Positions 10,163 through 20,083 of a DNA stretch of 64,000 nucleotides are shown here, in pieces. A program made the position numbers and the translations under genes. The notes under the pieces were generated by a model, which was not told the DNA's origin, did not search any database, and worked only from the letters and a program-made list of their open reading frames with translations. How positions within the stretch are numbered: the first letter of the stretch is position 1; every line of letters starts with the position of its first letter. This DNA comes from Candidatus Obscuribacteraceae bacterium (GTDB lineage: Bacteria > Cyanobacteriota > Vampirovibrionia > Obscuribacterales > Obscuribacteraceae): positions 64,001 through 128,000 of the forward strand of contig JBGASG010000003.1 in NCBI GenBank assembly GCA_044229845.1, written 5' to 3'.

Positions 10163-11077
10163 ATGAAACTTCAATTGAAAACACTCTTGATTGTAGCGGC
10201 GACTGTAAGTATGTCCGCTCCAGCCTTCGCCCAATTCGCGAAGGGATCATCCGTAACCATGGGCAACCAGCCTATCTTCAATCTGCAAGCCGGCGGCGGT
10301 TTCACATCGGAGAAACGTGCCTGGATCACCCAAGATCGCCTCGACAACGCGCTCGTTCTGTCGAACGATAAGTCACCGTCGGCGGTGAACATCGACCGCC
10401 GGAACGGCGCCATCATCGTCACGCTGGGCGGACGTGAGGTAGTGACTGCCTCTTCTGAAGGACAAGCTCAAGAAATTGCCGGTTCTATCAAGAACTTCTT
10501 GTCCGATTCGTCCAGAACAGAAGCCTACATTGCCCAGCTCAAGGATCCAAATCCGGTGGCTTCCAATGTGGCCGTGCTCGAGCGCCGTCTCTACTTGCCT
10601 GCCAATGCAGTATTGCCGCTCTCCTTCCTGACTGAAGTGAACAGCGAGACTGCACACGCCGGCGACCGAATTGAAGCCGTGCTGACGTCCGATTATGCGG
10701 TCGGAGGTTACGTAGTTCCTCAAGGTGCCAAAGTTATCGGCTTCCTGCATGAAACCGAACCAGGCGCCTTCCTGGTCTCCTTCAGTGAACTGAAGATGCC
10801 CACCGGCACGGTGGTTCCAATCACCGCCACGTTGACTCACGCGGCCGTTGTGGAAGCCAGCGCTCCTAAGGCAGTCTGCACGCTGGGTCTGCCAGCCGGA
10901 CCGACAGGCGATTGCCGTCATCCGTCGACGATCGCTATCGGCGGACTGGGTGGACCGGGCGCGAAACTGATCGTGCGCCGCGGCACCAACATGGTGATTG
11001 CCGCGGGTCAGCCGTTCGGGTTGCTGTTCGAGCGTCCCACGTCGGTGGCGGTCGTGGTCCGCGAAACCCACATGTAA
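10163..11077 (+). CDS. Exported hypothetical protein, paralog of upstream gene (TrbI/VirB10-like C-domain)
   Basis: Signal peptide (AFA), RAWITQDRLDNALV, AHAGDRIEAVL...VPQGAKV; GAGG RBS. Confidence 0.75.
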   Translation: MKLQLKTLLIVAATVSMSAPAFAQFAKGSSVTMGNQPIFNLQAGGGFTSEKRAWITQDRLDNALVLSNDKSPSAVNIDRRNGAIIVTLGGREVVTASSEGQAQEIAGSIKNFLSDSSRTEAYIAQLKDPNPVASNVAVLERRLYLPANAVLPLSFLTEVNSETAHAGDRIEAVLTSDYAVGGYVVPQGAKVIGFLHETEPGAFLVSFSELKMPTGTVVPITATLTHAAVVEASAPKAVCTLGLPAGPTGDCRHPSTIAIGGLGGPGAKLIVRRGTNMVIAAGQPFGLLFERPTSVAVVVRETHM

Positions 11078-11132
11078 CCGAACCCTACTGTTTTGCGTTC
11101 GCGTACCTCCTACGTTAACCAGAACTACCCTT

Positions 11133-11158
11133 CAACCGCTCTCGCAAGGGAGCGGTTG
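11133..11158 (+). terminator. Probable intrinsic terminator
   Basis: CAACCGCTCTC-GCAA-GGGAGCGGTTG hairpin with GNRA loop after the stop; weak U-tract. Confidence 0.55.
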
Positions 11159-11194
11159 TCGGTTGCAGCCGAACTTGCCCTCTCTGTAAAAGAA

Positions 11195-11244
11195 CTGGAG
11201 TGATATCACTTGAGGCTCGGTAGTCTGCAGTGATATCACTCCAG
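11195..11244. repeat. 20-bp palindrome cluster (2 copies)
   Basis: CTGGAGTGATATCACTTGAG and CTGCAGTGATATCACTCCAG. Confidence 0.9.
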
Positions 11245-11520
11245 GATCGTGAGTCGCCCGGGTTCCTGCACTTCGTTTCGGTTGACCGCATTGAGTTCGA
11301 ACTGGGATAAGCAATCACGGTGGCAAACGGATGCCGTCGCACGCATGGCTGAGAGGGCAAAAGGTGCAGTTTATCGAATCCTTTTGCGATTATTCAGAGA
11401 CGATTTGCACTCAAAAAGCGTCCTCATGTTCCATCGTTCGCTGCTTGGAAATAGGACAGACGGTGATCTGCCTGCTGAGTTAAGAGGACGGCCGACACTT
11501 GGAGAACTCGAAAAAAACAG

Positions 11521-12579
11521 TCACAAGATGGCAATCAAAGGTGGGGAAACATAGTTGCGGATATCCGCTTTCGTTATAGCGTCAGCCGCAATACAAGACT
11601 CCAATAAAGTACCTTCCGGCCAGCGAACGGACTCGGCGAAGTATGAATAGAGACAGATGTAATGTTGGAGATACTTCCTGCTAATGCCTTGAAACTGCAA
11701 CTGAATAAACTCAATTGCATTATTGACCTTTCGGCGCACATCGTCGGATAACCTGACGTCCGCACTCCTGCCGGCATCTTCCTCGCGAACGCCTCCAACA
11801 CGAACATACCTTTGTGAGGGTAAACGCTGTGCAATGCCGCTTGCTTCCAAAAGCACTAGAGCTGATGCCAATACCCCCACCTCAATGCCTGTTCGCTCTT
11901 GCAAGACATCAATGGCCACAGGTTCATCAGTCAACTCGTTCACGATGTTTCTCTCCGTGTCACTGAGCTCAATCTGAGAGTCCAAGCCAATCGATATTTC
12001 GACCAGCGAATCGTTCGCATCTGAGTCCTCCTGCAAAAAGGGACTTCGCACATCGCCCCCGTCAGCTTCCGAAGCGGCACTCTGACGAGCCGGTGTTTCA
12101 ATGCTGCGTCGCGTCATCAATCCAACAAACGCTGACGACTGAATTAAGGCTCCGCCAGTAGTATTCAACATCCACTGGGACATGCTCATGACGATCTTCT
12201 TGAACATTGTCCAAGCCGTTCCATAGCTCACATTAGCTACTGTCGAAAATCTGTGAGGGTTCACCTCAACGCGCTTGTTGATTAACCAAACAGCAAACAG
12301 CCATTCGCGGACTAACTTGATACCGTCAAAAAACGTCCCAGCAGTCAGAGACACTCTTTGCCTACAGATTGAGCATTGAACAGTTCTGGCATCGAGGCGA
12401 TGCCACATACGGTTCGGGCACTTCTTCCGGCAATCCAGTTTTCGTCCAGCGGAACCAATGGCGTGCAGCACGTCTACGCAGTCGGCATCGGTCGGGAACT
12501 CTGCGTCGAACAGCTTTCTCTCGTTATACAGGGATTCTATTGCCTGTGCTTCTTGTTGAGGATTTTTTCGTTTTTTCAT
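11521..12579 (-). CDS. IS1595-transposase-derived protein with DprA-like winged-helix insert (no recognisable DDE core)
   Basis: FPTDADC, Cys zinc ribbon, SLTAGTFF, VSYGTAW HTH, C-terminal GISRKYLQHY; central LSDTE...D.L...G......L..LE..G....LP..RY; GGAGG RBS. Confidence 0.75.
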   Translation of the reverse strand: MKKRKNPQQEAQAIESLYNERKLFDAEFPTDADCVDVLHAIGSAGRKLDCRKKCPNRMWHRLDARTVQCSICRQRVSLTAGTFFDGIKLVREWLFAVWLINKRVEVNPHRFSTVANVSYGTAWTMFKKIVMSMSQWMLNTTGGALIQSSAFVGLMTRRSIETPARQSAASEADGGDVRSPFLQEDSDANDSLVEISIGLDSQIELSDTERNIVNELTDEPVAIDVLQERTGIEVGVLASALVLLEASGIAQRLPSQRYVRVGGVREEDAGRSADVRLSDDVRRKVNNAIEFIQLQFQGISRKYLQHYICLYSYFAESVRWPEGTLLESCIAADAITKADIRNYVSPPLIAIL

Positions 12580-12681
12580 AGTGAAGACCTCCACTATGTT
12601 CAACGCTGCTCGCAATCAAAAAGTTCAATTCACAAGATAAAACTGACAACCCCAGACTTTGCAAATTGATCGCCCAAGATC

Positions 12682-12701
12682 CTAAAGTGATATCACTTCA
12701 G
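12682..12701. repeat. 20-bp palindrome (1 copy)
   Basis: CTAAAGTGATATCACTTCAG. Confidence 0.85.
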
Positions 12702-12837
12702 ATTTTCCTGGCCTTTGGGGGCGGCCCCCGTGCCGCGGGGAACTGGCGAAGACATGGTCAAAGATGCACCTTCGCTCTCACGTTTTCCAGCATCCGTTTG
12801 AATGGGATCTTTCTTTGGGTTTTCACGCCGATTACTC

Positions 12838-14697
12838 CTATTCGAAGACAGCTGCAGCGGTGCCGTTTTGCACCGGCACTAGTTTCGATGGCTCGACGGA
12901 GGCGCCGGACTGATAGTTTCTCCACAGTTCTGCCAGTTTGCCGTTGCTCTGCAACAGCTCCTGGAATGTTCCGTGTTCAACCACACAGCCATCGTCGAAA
13001 ACGTAGATCTCATCGAAGAGATCAAGCAGATGCAGTTTATGGATCGACGAAACCAAACACTTGGAACGGAAGTACTGCAGCAGATTGTTGTAGATCAGCC
13101 GTTCGTTATACGTGTCGACACTGGATGTCGGCTCGTCAAGTAAGACGAGATCGCAATCCTTGGCGAAGAAAATTCCACGCGCGAGAGCAAGTCGCTGCTT
13201 CTCTCCACCACTAAGGTTTACACCTTTTTCAGCAATGTCGGTGTCCGGTCCGTTGGGCAATCGTCCAAGTACGGTATCGAAACGAGCAAGTTCGATAGCT
13301 TGTCCGATTTCTGCATCATCGATTTCTAGCCCGAACGATACGTTGTTGCGTATGGTATCCGCGAATATTTGCGGATCCTGCGGCAGCAGCGTCGTTGTTT
13401 CAGACAGATCAGCGAGTCCGTCAACCAGTTCTTTTCCGTCGCAAAGTACCTTAACCGAGTCGGCATGGTGTAATCCACGCAGCAGCCTCAGCAAAGTACT
13501 TTTCCCACTGCCACTTTCGCCAACGACGGCGATCGATTTGCCTTTGGACAGATTGATCCAGGCGCCATCGAGATGGTGCGTGCGTTTCTCATCATCCTCA
13601 TACCGGAAGTAGAGGTCTTGCACTGCTATGCATTGCCAGTCGGCACGCAATCGAGAGGCGTGGGCCGGTGTGCATAGAACGGCGGCAGCATCGCAAATCG
13701 TATCAGCGCTTCTGACGTCAGCCGATTGTTTGACCAACGTTCCGTATAGTGCGGAGAAATCGTAGAACGATTGTCCGATGCGTCGCAGGTATTCCCAGAG
13801 AGTGAAGAACGTTCCACCGAGTATCTTGTGTCCACCAGCCAGACTGGTAGCAACGTAGTACCACAAGACGATAACTGTCATGGAGACAATCAATATGGTG
13901 GTGATGAACCACTTCACTTCGTGCACTGAAACATTCTTTTTAAAGAGTGATATCAGTTTGAATAGCCGGGACACCACTTCGTTCATGGTGCGATCCTCAA
14001 GGCGAAGCGTAATTACTGTCTCTATGTTCGTGACGTAATCGTGCAACGCAGATGCGACATGATTGTCGTTCTTGTTGAGAGCTCCATATTGCGAGAACAG
14101 GTAACGATCGAACAGAAGTACGACCGCAAAGGATACAAGCGTGGTTGCCAATGAGACCCAACCGGCGAAGGGCAAAAAGCAGAAGAGCATGATCTGCGAT
14201 CCGACGAGCCGGAAGAACATGTAGTTGACTTCGAAAGAGTCGTCAAGGAATTGTCCGAGCGAGTTCGTGGCCCGGTTTATCTTGTCGATACTTTCGCCAG
14301 AATGGTGCTGCCTGTGCCATTTCAGAGGCAAGGCGCTAACCAACCCGAACATGTGACTTTTGTATGCCGCCTTCGTGCGGAAGGCGACGATACGTTCAAT
14401 CACACGGCCAGGACCGTGCAAAAGCCAGAACACTACCTCGATCGCAAACAACCCGCCCAGGTAGAATCCAAACTCGGCAAGGAGTTTATTGACGTCCACC
14501 TGGTTGATGTCCAGTTGCACGACGTTGAGCAGACGACCAATTACCCACGGTTCGAGCAAGGCAACAGCTTGAGCCAGAATGAACATAGTCGAATAGACAA
14601 GCATCAGCGAACGAGACTTGCCGGCATAGCGCCAGCCAGTTGCAGCCAGATGGAATATTGGGACTTTTAAAAGAGTCTTTCTGAGCAGAGCGTACAT
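12838..14697 (-). CDS. ABC transporter fused permease/ATP-binding protein
   Basis: N-terminal TM domain, GESGSGKST, LSGGEKQR, LDEPTS; start ATG 14697 or TTG 14733. Confidence 0.92.
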   Translation of the reverse strand: MYALLRKTLLKVPIFHLAATGWRYAGKSRSLMLVYSTMFILAQAVALLEPWVIGRLLNVVQLDINQVDVNKLLAEFGFYLGGLFAIEVVFWLLHGPGRVIERIVAFRTKAAYKSHMFGLVSALPLKWHRQHHSGESIDKINRATNSLGQFLDDSFEVNYMFFRLVGSQIMLFCFLPFAGWVSLATTLVSFAVVLLFDRYLFSQYGALNKNDNHVASALHDYVTNIETVITLRLEDRTMNEVVSRLFKLISLFKKNVSVHEVKWFITTILIVSMTVIVLWYYVATSLAGGHKILGGTFFTLWEYLRRIGQSFYDFSALYGTLVKQSADVRSADTICDAAAVLCTPAHASRLRADWQCIAVQDLYFRYEDDEKRTHHLDGAWINLSKGKSIAVVGESGSGKSTLLRLLRGLHHADSVKVLCDGKELVDGLADLSETTTLLPQDPQIFADTIRNNVSFGLEIDDAEIGQAIELARFDTVLGRLPNGPDTDIAEKGVNLSGGEKQRLALARGIFFAKDCDLVLLDEPTSSVDTYNERLIYNNLLQYFRSKCLVSSIHKLHLLDLFDEIYVFDDGCVVEHGTFQELLQSNGKLAELWRNYQSGASVEPSKLVPVQNGTAAAVFE

Positions 14698-15310
14698 AGT
14701 TAGGTTCCTCAAGAACCAACCTGTGCGTTGCATTCAAGGCAATAACAACAATGCGACAGCAAAGTGCCTTCATGCAAACCAAGGTTGGTGCGGAAAACTG
14801 CGCGCAATTTATGCGCATTCGCGATGGCGACCGACAGGGTGGGCCGCGCGGAAGAGCGAATTTCCGGCTACGTCAACCTTCGGGATGCAAGATGGTGGTC
14901 ATAACTTACTGCCGTCCTCAAATACTTGGAGCGATTAACTTTGGAAATAGCACCGAGTTCCAGTCAAGGAAACACGGAGTGGGTAACCGCATTTTACAAA
15001 CTATGCGATTTGGACTCTGTCGTCAAGAACTTTTGAACAAAAAGCCAACTTTTGTTTACGGGGAAGGCCCCTGGTTGAAGAGAAAGTATTGCATAAGAGC
15101 CAGGTAGACAATTTGGAAGCTGCCGTACAGCAAGACGACTACCGCCACCGAGTCACACGAGAACAACAAAGACATGGGCACCCACCTCTCGAAAAAAGAT
15201 TCAATTTGGAGCGTCTATCTTGAGTCTATGGCGCGAAACCGATTCCGTATATTCTCAAATCGGTATTAACGAAAAGGTGTATGCGTGCGAGATTGAGAGA
15301 GGAGCAGCCA

Positions 15311-16021
15311 ATGCCGTTCAGGAGAAGACATGTAGAGCGCCACTTCCAGGGCGGCGACACGGTGCGCGACATCGTAATCGGCATGGCCGATGGATTGACG
15401 GTCCCTTTTGCTCTGGCAGCAGGACTGTCCGGCGCCGTCGCCAGCAACGGATTAATCATTACAGCCGGCCTTGCAGAAATTGCCGCAGGGGCAATCGCCA
15501 TGGGGCTGGGAGGTTTCCTTGCCGCTCACAGCCAAATCGAACACTACCTGAGCGAACGAAAACGTGAAGTAGTGGAGGTTCAGGAAGTTCCAGAAGAAGA
15601 GAAGCGCGAAGTTCGAGACGTTTTTCGCACTTATGGTCTGACCGATGAGGAAATCGCCCCGATTCTGACGGCATTTCAATCCCGTCCTAAAGACTGGGTC
15701 AACTTTATGATGCGCTTCGAACTGGGGATAGAAAAACCAGACAAGGGAGAAGCTCTGAAGAGTGCAGTCACGATTGGAGGTTCATATATCGTCGGCGGGT
15801 TGGTTCCGCTTTGTCCATATTTTTTCGTCGGCACTACACACGGTGCGCTCGAGCTGTCCATTGTTGCAACAGCCAGTGCACTCTTTCTGTTCGGCTTCAT
15901 TAAAGCCAGATTCACGGGCAGTCAGCCTTTGCTCGGTGGTCTTCAGACACTTCTGGTGGGAGCGCTGGCTGCTGCGGCAGCTTACGGCATTGCCAGGGCT
16001 ATAAGTCACACGGGCGGCTAG
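15311..16021 (+). CDS. VIT1/CCC1 family iron/manganese transporter
   Basis: RDIVIGMADGLTVPFALAAG, MMRFELG, LCPYF; GAGGAG RBS. Confidence 0.93.
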   Translation: MPFRRRHVERHFQGGDTVRDIVIGMADGLTVPFALAAGLSGAVASNGLIITAGLAEIAAGAIAMGLGGFLAAHSQIEHYLSERKREVVEVQEVPEEEKREVRDVFRTYGLTDEEIAPILTAFQSRPKDWVNFMMRFELGIEKPDKGEALKSAVTIGGSYIVGGLVPLCPYFFVGTTHGALELSIVATASALFLFGFIKARFTGSQPLLGGLQTLLVGALAAAAAYGIARAISHTGG

Positions 16022-16040
16022 TTATGGCGGCTCGCCAGAG

Positions 16041-16130
16041 CCGGAGTGATATCGCTTCAGCTCACGCGAAGTCTGGAGTGATATCGCTTCAGATCAGCGG
16101 CGATGGAGGGATAGGGTGATATCACTTCAG
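16041..16130. repeat. 20-bp palindrome cluster (3 copies)
   Basis: Cores GTGATATCRC at 16046, 16078, 16116 between convergent genes. Confidence 0.9.
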
Positions 16131-16176
16131 GATCAAGACGGATCAAGACTAGCGACGTCAAGCTGGGTCGCTTGGA

Positions 16177-16617
16177 CTACGCGTCAAACTGGTCTGGAAT
16201 CCAGCGCCCGAAGACTTCTTTCAATTGAGCGACTGTGAAAGGCTTGCTCAAATAATCATCCATGCCGGCGGCTATGCACTTATCACGGTCCCCGGTCAGC
16301 GCGCGGGCGGTGAGAGCGACAATCGGTGTGTGCTGTCCCTTGGCTGTGTCGACTTCGCGTACACATTTGGTGCAGGCCAAACCATCCACTTCAGGCATCC
16401 GCCAATCCATAAGCACCAGGGCGTAGGTGTACCGCTCCATCAATTGGATGGCTTCCTTGCAGCTGGCAGCGGCGTGCACCTCGGCACCCAACTTCTCGGC
16501 GTATGCCACCGAGATGCGTTGCTGTATAGGATTGTCCTCGACCACCAGAACCAGAGGGCGGGTATCCGGAGGAAGCGATAAATCGCTGTTGTTGGCGTAG
16601 GTTCCCTTGCCTGTCAT
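16177..16617 (-). CDS. Single-domain response regulator (receiver)
   Basis: VVEDN, LMDWRMP..DG, ALTA, YLSKPF. Confidence 0.92.
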   Translation of the reverse strand: MTGKGTYANNSDLSLPPDTRPLVLVVEDNPIQQRISVAYAEKLGAEVHAAASCKEAIQLMERYTYALVLMDWRMPEVDGLACTKCVREVDTAKGQHTPIVALTARALTGDRDKCIAAGMDDYLSKPFTVAQLKEVFGRWIPDQFDA

Positions 16618-17039
16618 GCCATAAGCACCTGAGAGTGCGTAGACGATAGCTAAGCGTCCACTGTAACTACTTTATCAAAAATCAGGCGGCAGTCCCGAAA
16701 ATTCTCAATTGCCAATCATCTCCCCTCCAAGAAACGGTCACCAGCGCCTGATCACAGGTCCGAATTCGACCCGAACCGACTTGTTAAGAGGCTCTCAGTT
16801 GGACGATAGCAGGTAATTTCATGCGGGAGCGACCGATTTCGACCAATTTGTTGTAAAACGGCAACGTTCGGCACTGGACCCAAACACATGCCGAGCGACT
16901 CAGTGGCCATCATCCGTGGTGGCAGTGTTGCGCAAGGCTTAATTCTTACACCCATGTCAATCGTCGCGGTTTATTATATGGATGACTTTCTAGACTCTCG
17001 CCCCTGCGTCGTACGACGCATTGATGTGGAGGACCTGCC

Positions 17040-17423
17040 ATGAATCTGGTCGCTTACCTGCGTTCTAGCATGCAAGAAGATGTTGGCGAGCAGGACATGG
17101 AAGAGCAGGAACGCGGAATCGCTGAATACTGCAAGCAGCGCGGCTACAATCTCAAAGAGGTAGTAACGGACGAGAGTATCGAGTCAAGCACCGAACGCCA
17201 CGGTCTCGATCACGCTCTTGAAACCACAGCCGACGGCATCATAGTCACAGATCCTTTAGTCATCACCGACAAGTATAAGGATCTGGATCACTTCTTTGAG
17301 AAGCTGGCGCAGCATCGCAAGAAACTTATCGTCGTGTACGAGAACAAGCAGTTCGACCCGCTGGCAGCTGCGAACGTGAAGGCAGACTTTCACGAGGCTT
17401 ATCCGCATCTGCTGCGCGACTGA
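17040..17423 (+). CDS. Serine recombinase/resolvase N-terminal domain protein (probably degenerate)
   Basis: AYLRSS, EEQ..I..YC...GY.L..V..D; no HTH; GGAGG RBS. Confidence 0.75.
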   Translation: MNLVAYLRSSMQEDVGEQDMEEQERGIAEYCKQRGYNLKEVVTDESIESSTERHGLDHALETTADGIIVTDPLVITDKYKDLDHFFEKLAQHRKKLIVVYENKQFDPLAAANVKADFHEAYPHLLRD

Positions 17424-17479
17424 GCCTAAGCATTACTCGCCATGACAACTAATTGACACCACAGGTGGTGCTGGATTAA

Positions 17480-18502
17480 ATGTTGCCCCTCGAGTCTTCT
17501 TATCCGCCAATGGAAGCCACCCTCACCGAGAAGTTACCGGTTGATGAACAGGGTTGGCAATTCGAACCAAAATGGGATGGCTTCCGGTGCCTGAGCTTCC
17601 GTGACGGCAATCATCTCGACATGCGCTCCAAAAGCGGGCAGCCACTGTCTCGCTATTTCCCGGAGGTGGAGCAGGCGGTGTTGTCGCTGGCTGCGACCCA
17701 ATGTGTTCTTGATGGCGAACTGGTAATGGCGGATCCGGAGCAATTCAGTTTCGACGATCTCCTCGAACGCATTCACCCGGCGGCCAGTCGCATAAAGAAG
17801 TTGTCCGTGGAACGTCCCGCCATATATGTGATATTCGATTTGCTGGTTGACGAGCACGGGCAGTCGCTTGTGGACTTGCCGCTTGAGAAACGGCGGCAAC
17901 ATCTGGAACATTTTGCCGAACAATTTCTCCGCACCAGAGATATACAAATATCACCAGCCACGACTGACAAAGAAGTAGCCAAGAAATGGTACGACATGGT
18001 CGGGATAGAGCTTGACGGCGTGGTTGCTAAAAGACTCGGTCTGCCTTACCAGAGCGGCAACCGCAAGGGCATGGTGAAAGTTAAGAACAAAAGAACCGCC
18101 GACGTTGTGATTGGAGGATTTCGATACGCCTCAAGCGGACGCATCATCGGTTCACTGCTGCTCGGCATTTACGACAGTAACGGATTGCTGAACCATGTCG
18201 GTTTCTCCTCAGCTTTCAGCGCCCGCGAAAAGCAACAGCTGACATCGCTGCTGGAACCCTTAATAGAGCAGCCCGGGTTCACGGGAAATGCGCCAGGGGG
18301 TCCCAGTCGGTGGGCAAACAAGAGAAGCGAGGAGTGGTATCCACTGAAGACCGGACTGGTCGCCGAAGTGGAATATGACCATTTCAGTGCCGGGCGATTC
18401 CGCCATGGAACGAAGTTCCTGCGCTGGCGCCCGGATAAAACGCCGGAACAATGCACCTACGAACAGCTCAAGCTCGACAAAGGCAGTAAACGCCTAAGCT
18501 GA
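17480..18502 (+). CDS. ATP-dependent DNA ligase (LigC-type)
   Basis: EPKWDGFR, LDGE, RIHPAASR, FDLL, DGVVAK, KVK, PGGPSRW, RFRHGTKFLRWRPDK. Confidence 0.92.
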   Translation: MLPLESSYPPMEATLTEKLPVDEQGWQFEPKWDGFRCLSFRDGNHLDMRSKSGQPLSRYFPEVEQAVLSLAATQCVLDGELVMADPEQFSFDDLLERIHPAASRIKKLSVERPAIYVIFDLLVDEHGQSLVDLPLEKRRQHLEHFAEQFLRTRDIQISPATTDKEVAKKWYDMVGIELDGVVAKRLGLPYQSGNRKGMVKVKNKRTADVVIGGFRYASSGRIIGSLLLGIYDSNGLLNHVGFSSAFSAREKQQLTSLLEPLIEQPGFTGNAPGGPSRWANKRSEEWYPLKTGLVAEVEYDHFSAGRFRHGTKFLRWRPDKTPEQCTYEQLKLDKGSKRLS

Positions 18503-18556
18503 AGCGATATCATTTCAGTGCGGAGGAAAAGACTCAGTGGAGTGATATCACTTCGT
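18499..18556. repeat. 20-bp palindrome cluster (2 copies)
   Basis: CTGAAGCGATATCATTTCAG overlapping the ligase stop; second core at 18542. Confidence 0.88.
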
Positions 18557-18599
18557 AATCGCGTCGTGAGAGTTCCAGACTAGTGCCCAACTGGACTAT

Positions 18600-18782
18600 T
18601 TATTTGGCGTATATGGCCAGCGCGATCAGCGCCAGCACAGGGAGTCCGAACCAGAGCAGCGCTTTCGCCATTGTCACATTGACACGTCCCTCCTGCGCGT
18701 GTAGCTCTTCGTAGAACTTGTAGACGCGGTCAATTTCCTGCTCGCGGGTTCGCATCTTGAGTGGGCGTGCTTGGCGTGCCAT
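18600..18782 (-). CDS. Small membrane protein
   Basis: AAGGAG RBS, C-terminal TM helix. Confidence 0.7.
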   Translation of the reverse strand: MARQARPLKMRTREQEIDRVYKFYEELHAQEGRVNVTMAKALLWFGLPVLALIALAIYAK

Positions 18783-18989
18783 GTCCTTTCTCCTTCGGGA
18801 AGACCGGTAATCGTCTCAACTTTCTGATAGATGACGGAATTGCCAAGTAGCGGTTCCGGCTTTCCGTTACGAATCGGCACCGGTGGCGCGTTGCGGAACG
18901 AATTGAAAGTGTAGGACGTCAGCGTTCCGGACCGGGCGCGGATTTAGGCGTTTTCGGCAATCATCAACTGAGGTCAGGAGGCTAAACGT

Positions 18990-19208
18990 ATGACGGACAA
19001 AGTCAGCAAATCCAAGACGGCTCAAAACGAGCCTGTTCCAACTCGCGCCGAACGTGACGCGGCATCATCCTCCTCCGGAGGACGGAAGGCAGTCGAGGTC
19101 GAGGTCGACGCGGAAGTCGCTAAGAAGAACGAGGGATCGACTCCTGGCGCCGTCGAGATAGCTCCGCCCGTCGGTCTGGAGCTAGAGACTCGAGGAGATG
19201 AGGAATAG
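18990..19208 (+). CDS. Small hydrophilic hypothetical protein
   Basis: AGGAGG RBS before ATG. Confidence 0.65.
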   Translation: MTDKVSKSKTAQNEPVPTRAERDAASSSSGGRKAVEVEVDAEVAKKNEGSTPGAVEIAPPVGLELETRGDEE

Positions 19209-19493
19209 TCACCCAGTAGTGCGGATACAGCGTCATCCGGAGATCGATCTGAATCCACGGAAGATATGACTGTCAGTCCGCTGACCGTCACGGCGAGCGA
19301 TCGAACGAAGGGCTCGACATCAAATAGCGCTCACTTGTATATACAAACACCCTCCGGTCGCCACCACTGACGGTGACTAAGCAATATTCGAAGAGGCAAA
19401 TATTCGATCAAAGCTGTTGGTTTCACTAGGGGAGGGGGGAATATTATTACCGCCTACCCCATTTGGACACCCCGTGCAAGAGAGAAGAAGATC

Positions 19494-20015
19494 ATGAACA
19501 ACATTGCAGATCTGCTTGACCAAGCAACCGTTTTTGAGTCGACCGGCGATTACGCTAGAGCGGAGCGGTGCTATATCTATGCACTCGAACTGAAGGAACG
19601 CACCTTTGGCAGAGAGCATCCGGCCCTCGCAACTGACTTGCATAATGCGGGTCTTCTTCTGTTCGCCCAAGATAAATATGAAGAGGCCGAGCGTTTGCTT
19701 AGTCGCGAATTGATCATCGAAGAGAAACACTATGGTCCCGATCACCCGGAGTTGATAGCCACACTCGAGCATCTGGCAGCGGTCTACTTCAATCAGGAAC
19801 GCTACTCGGAATCAGAGTTCGCATATCGCCGGCTGATCAAACTAATCGAGGCGACGCAACCAATCAATCGCGCTGAACTTACAAATCATTTGCATAACCT
19901 CGCCGAAATTTGCGATCTTCAGGGAAACGGCAATGAAGCGCAAGCGCTCAAGAGACGAGCCCAAGAATTGCTGGATTCGCACATGAGCACAGCTTGCCGC
20001 ACCCGACATAACTAA
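19494..20015 (+). CDS. Tetratricopeptide repeat protein (TPR_10/12 type)
   Basis: G.EHP..A..L.N repeats. Confidence 0.88.
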   Translation: MNNIADLLDQATVFESTGDYARAERCYIYALELKERTFGREHPALATDLHNAGLLLFAQDKYEEAERLLSRELIIEEKHYGPDHPELIATLEHLAAVYFNQERYSESEFAYRRLIKLIEATQPINRAELTNHLHNLAEICDLQGNGNEAQALKRRAQELLDSHMSTACRTRHN

Positions 20016-20030
20016 CCCACAGGCAAGCTC

Positions 20031-20068
20031 AAATGGTCCGCTCGCTGACTCAGCGGGCGGACCATTTT
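20031..20068. terminator. Bidirectional intrinsic terminator
   Basis: AAATGGTCCGCTCGCTG-ACT-CAGCGGGCGGACCATTTT between convergent genes. Confidence 0.8.
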
Positions 20069-20083
20069 ATTGAAAGCTGATGG

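Noticed and set aside
11245..12680. Complete IS1595 element
   Set aside because: No terminal inverted repeats or target duplication found by eye and no DDE motif, so annotated as a CDS
13947..13956. GTGATATCAG inside the ABC transporter gene
   Set aside because: Core imperfect and arms absent; chance match
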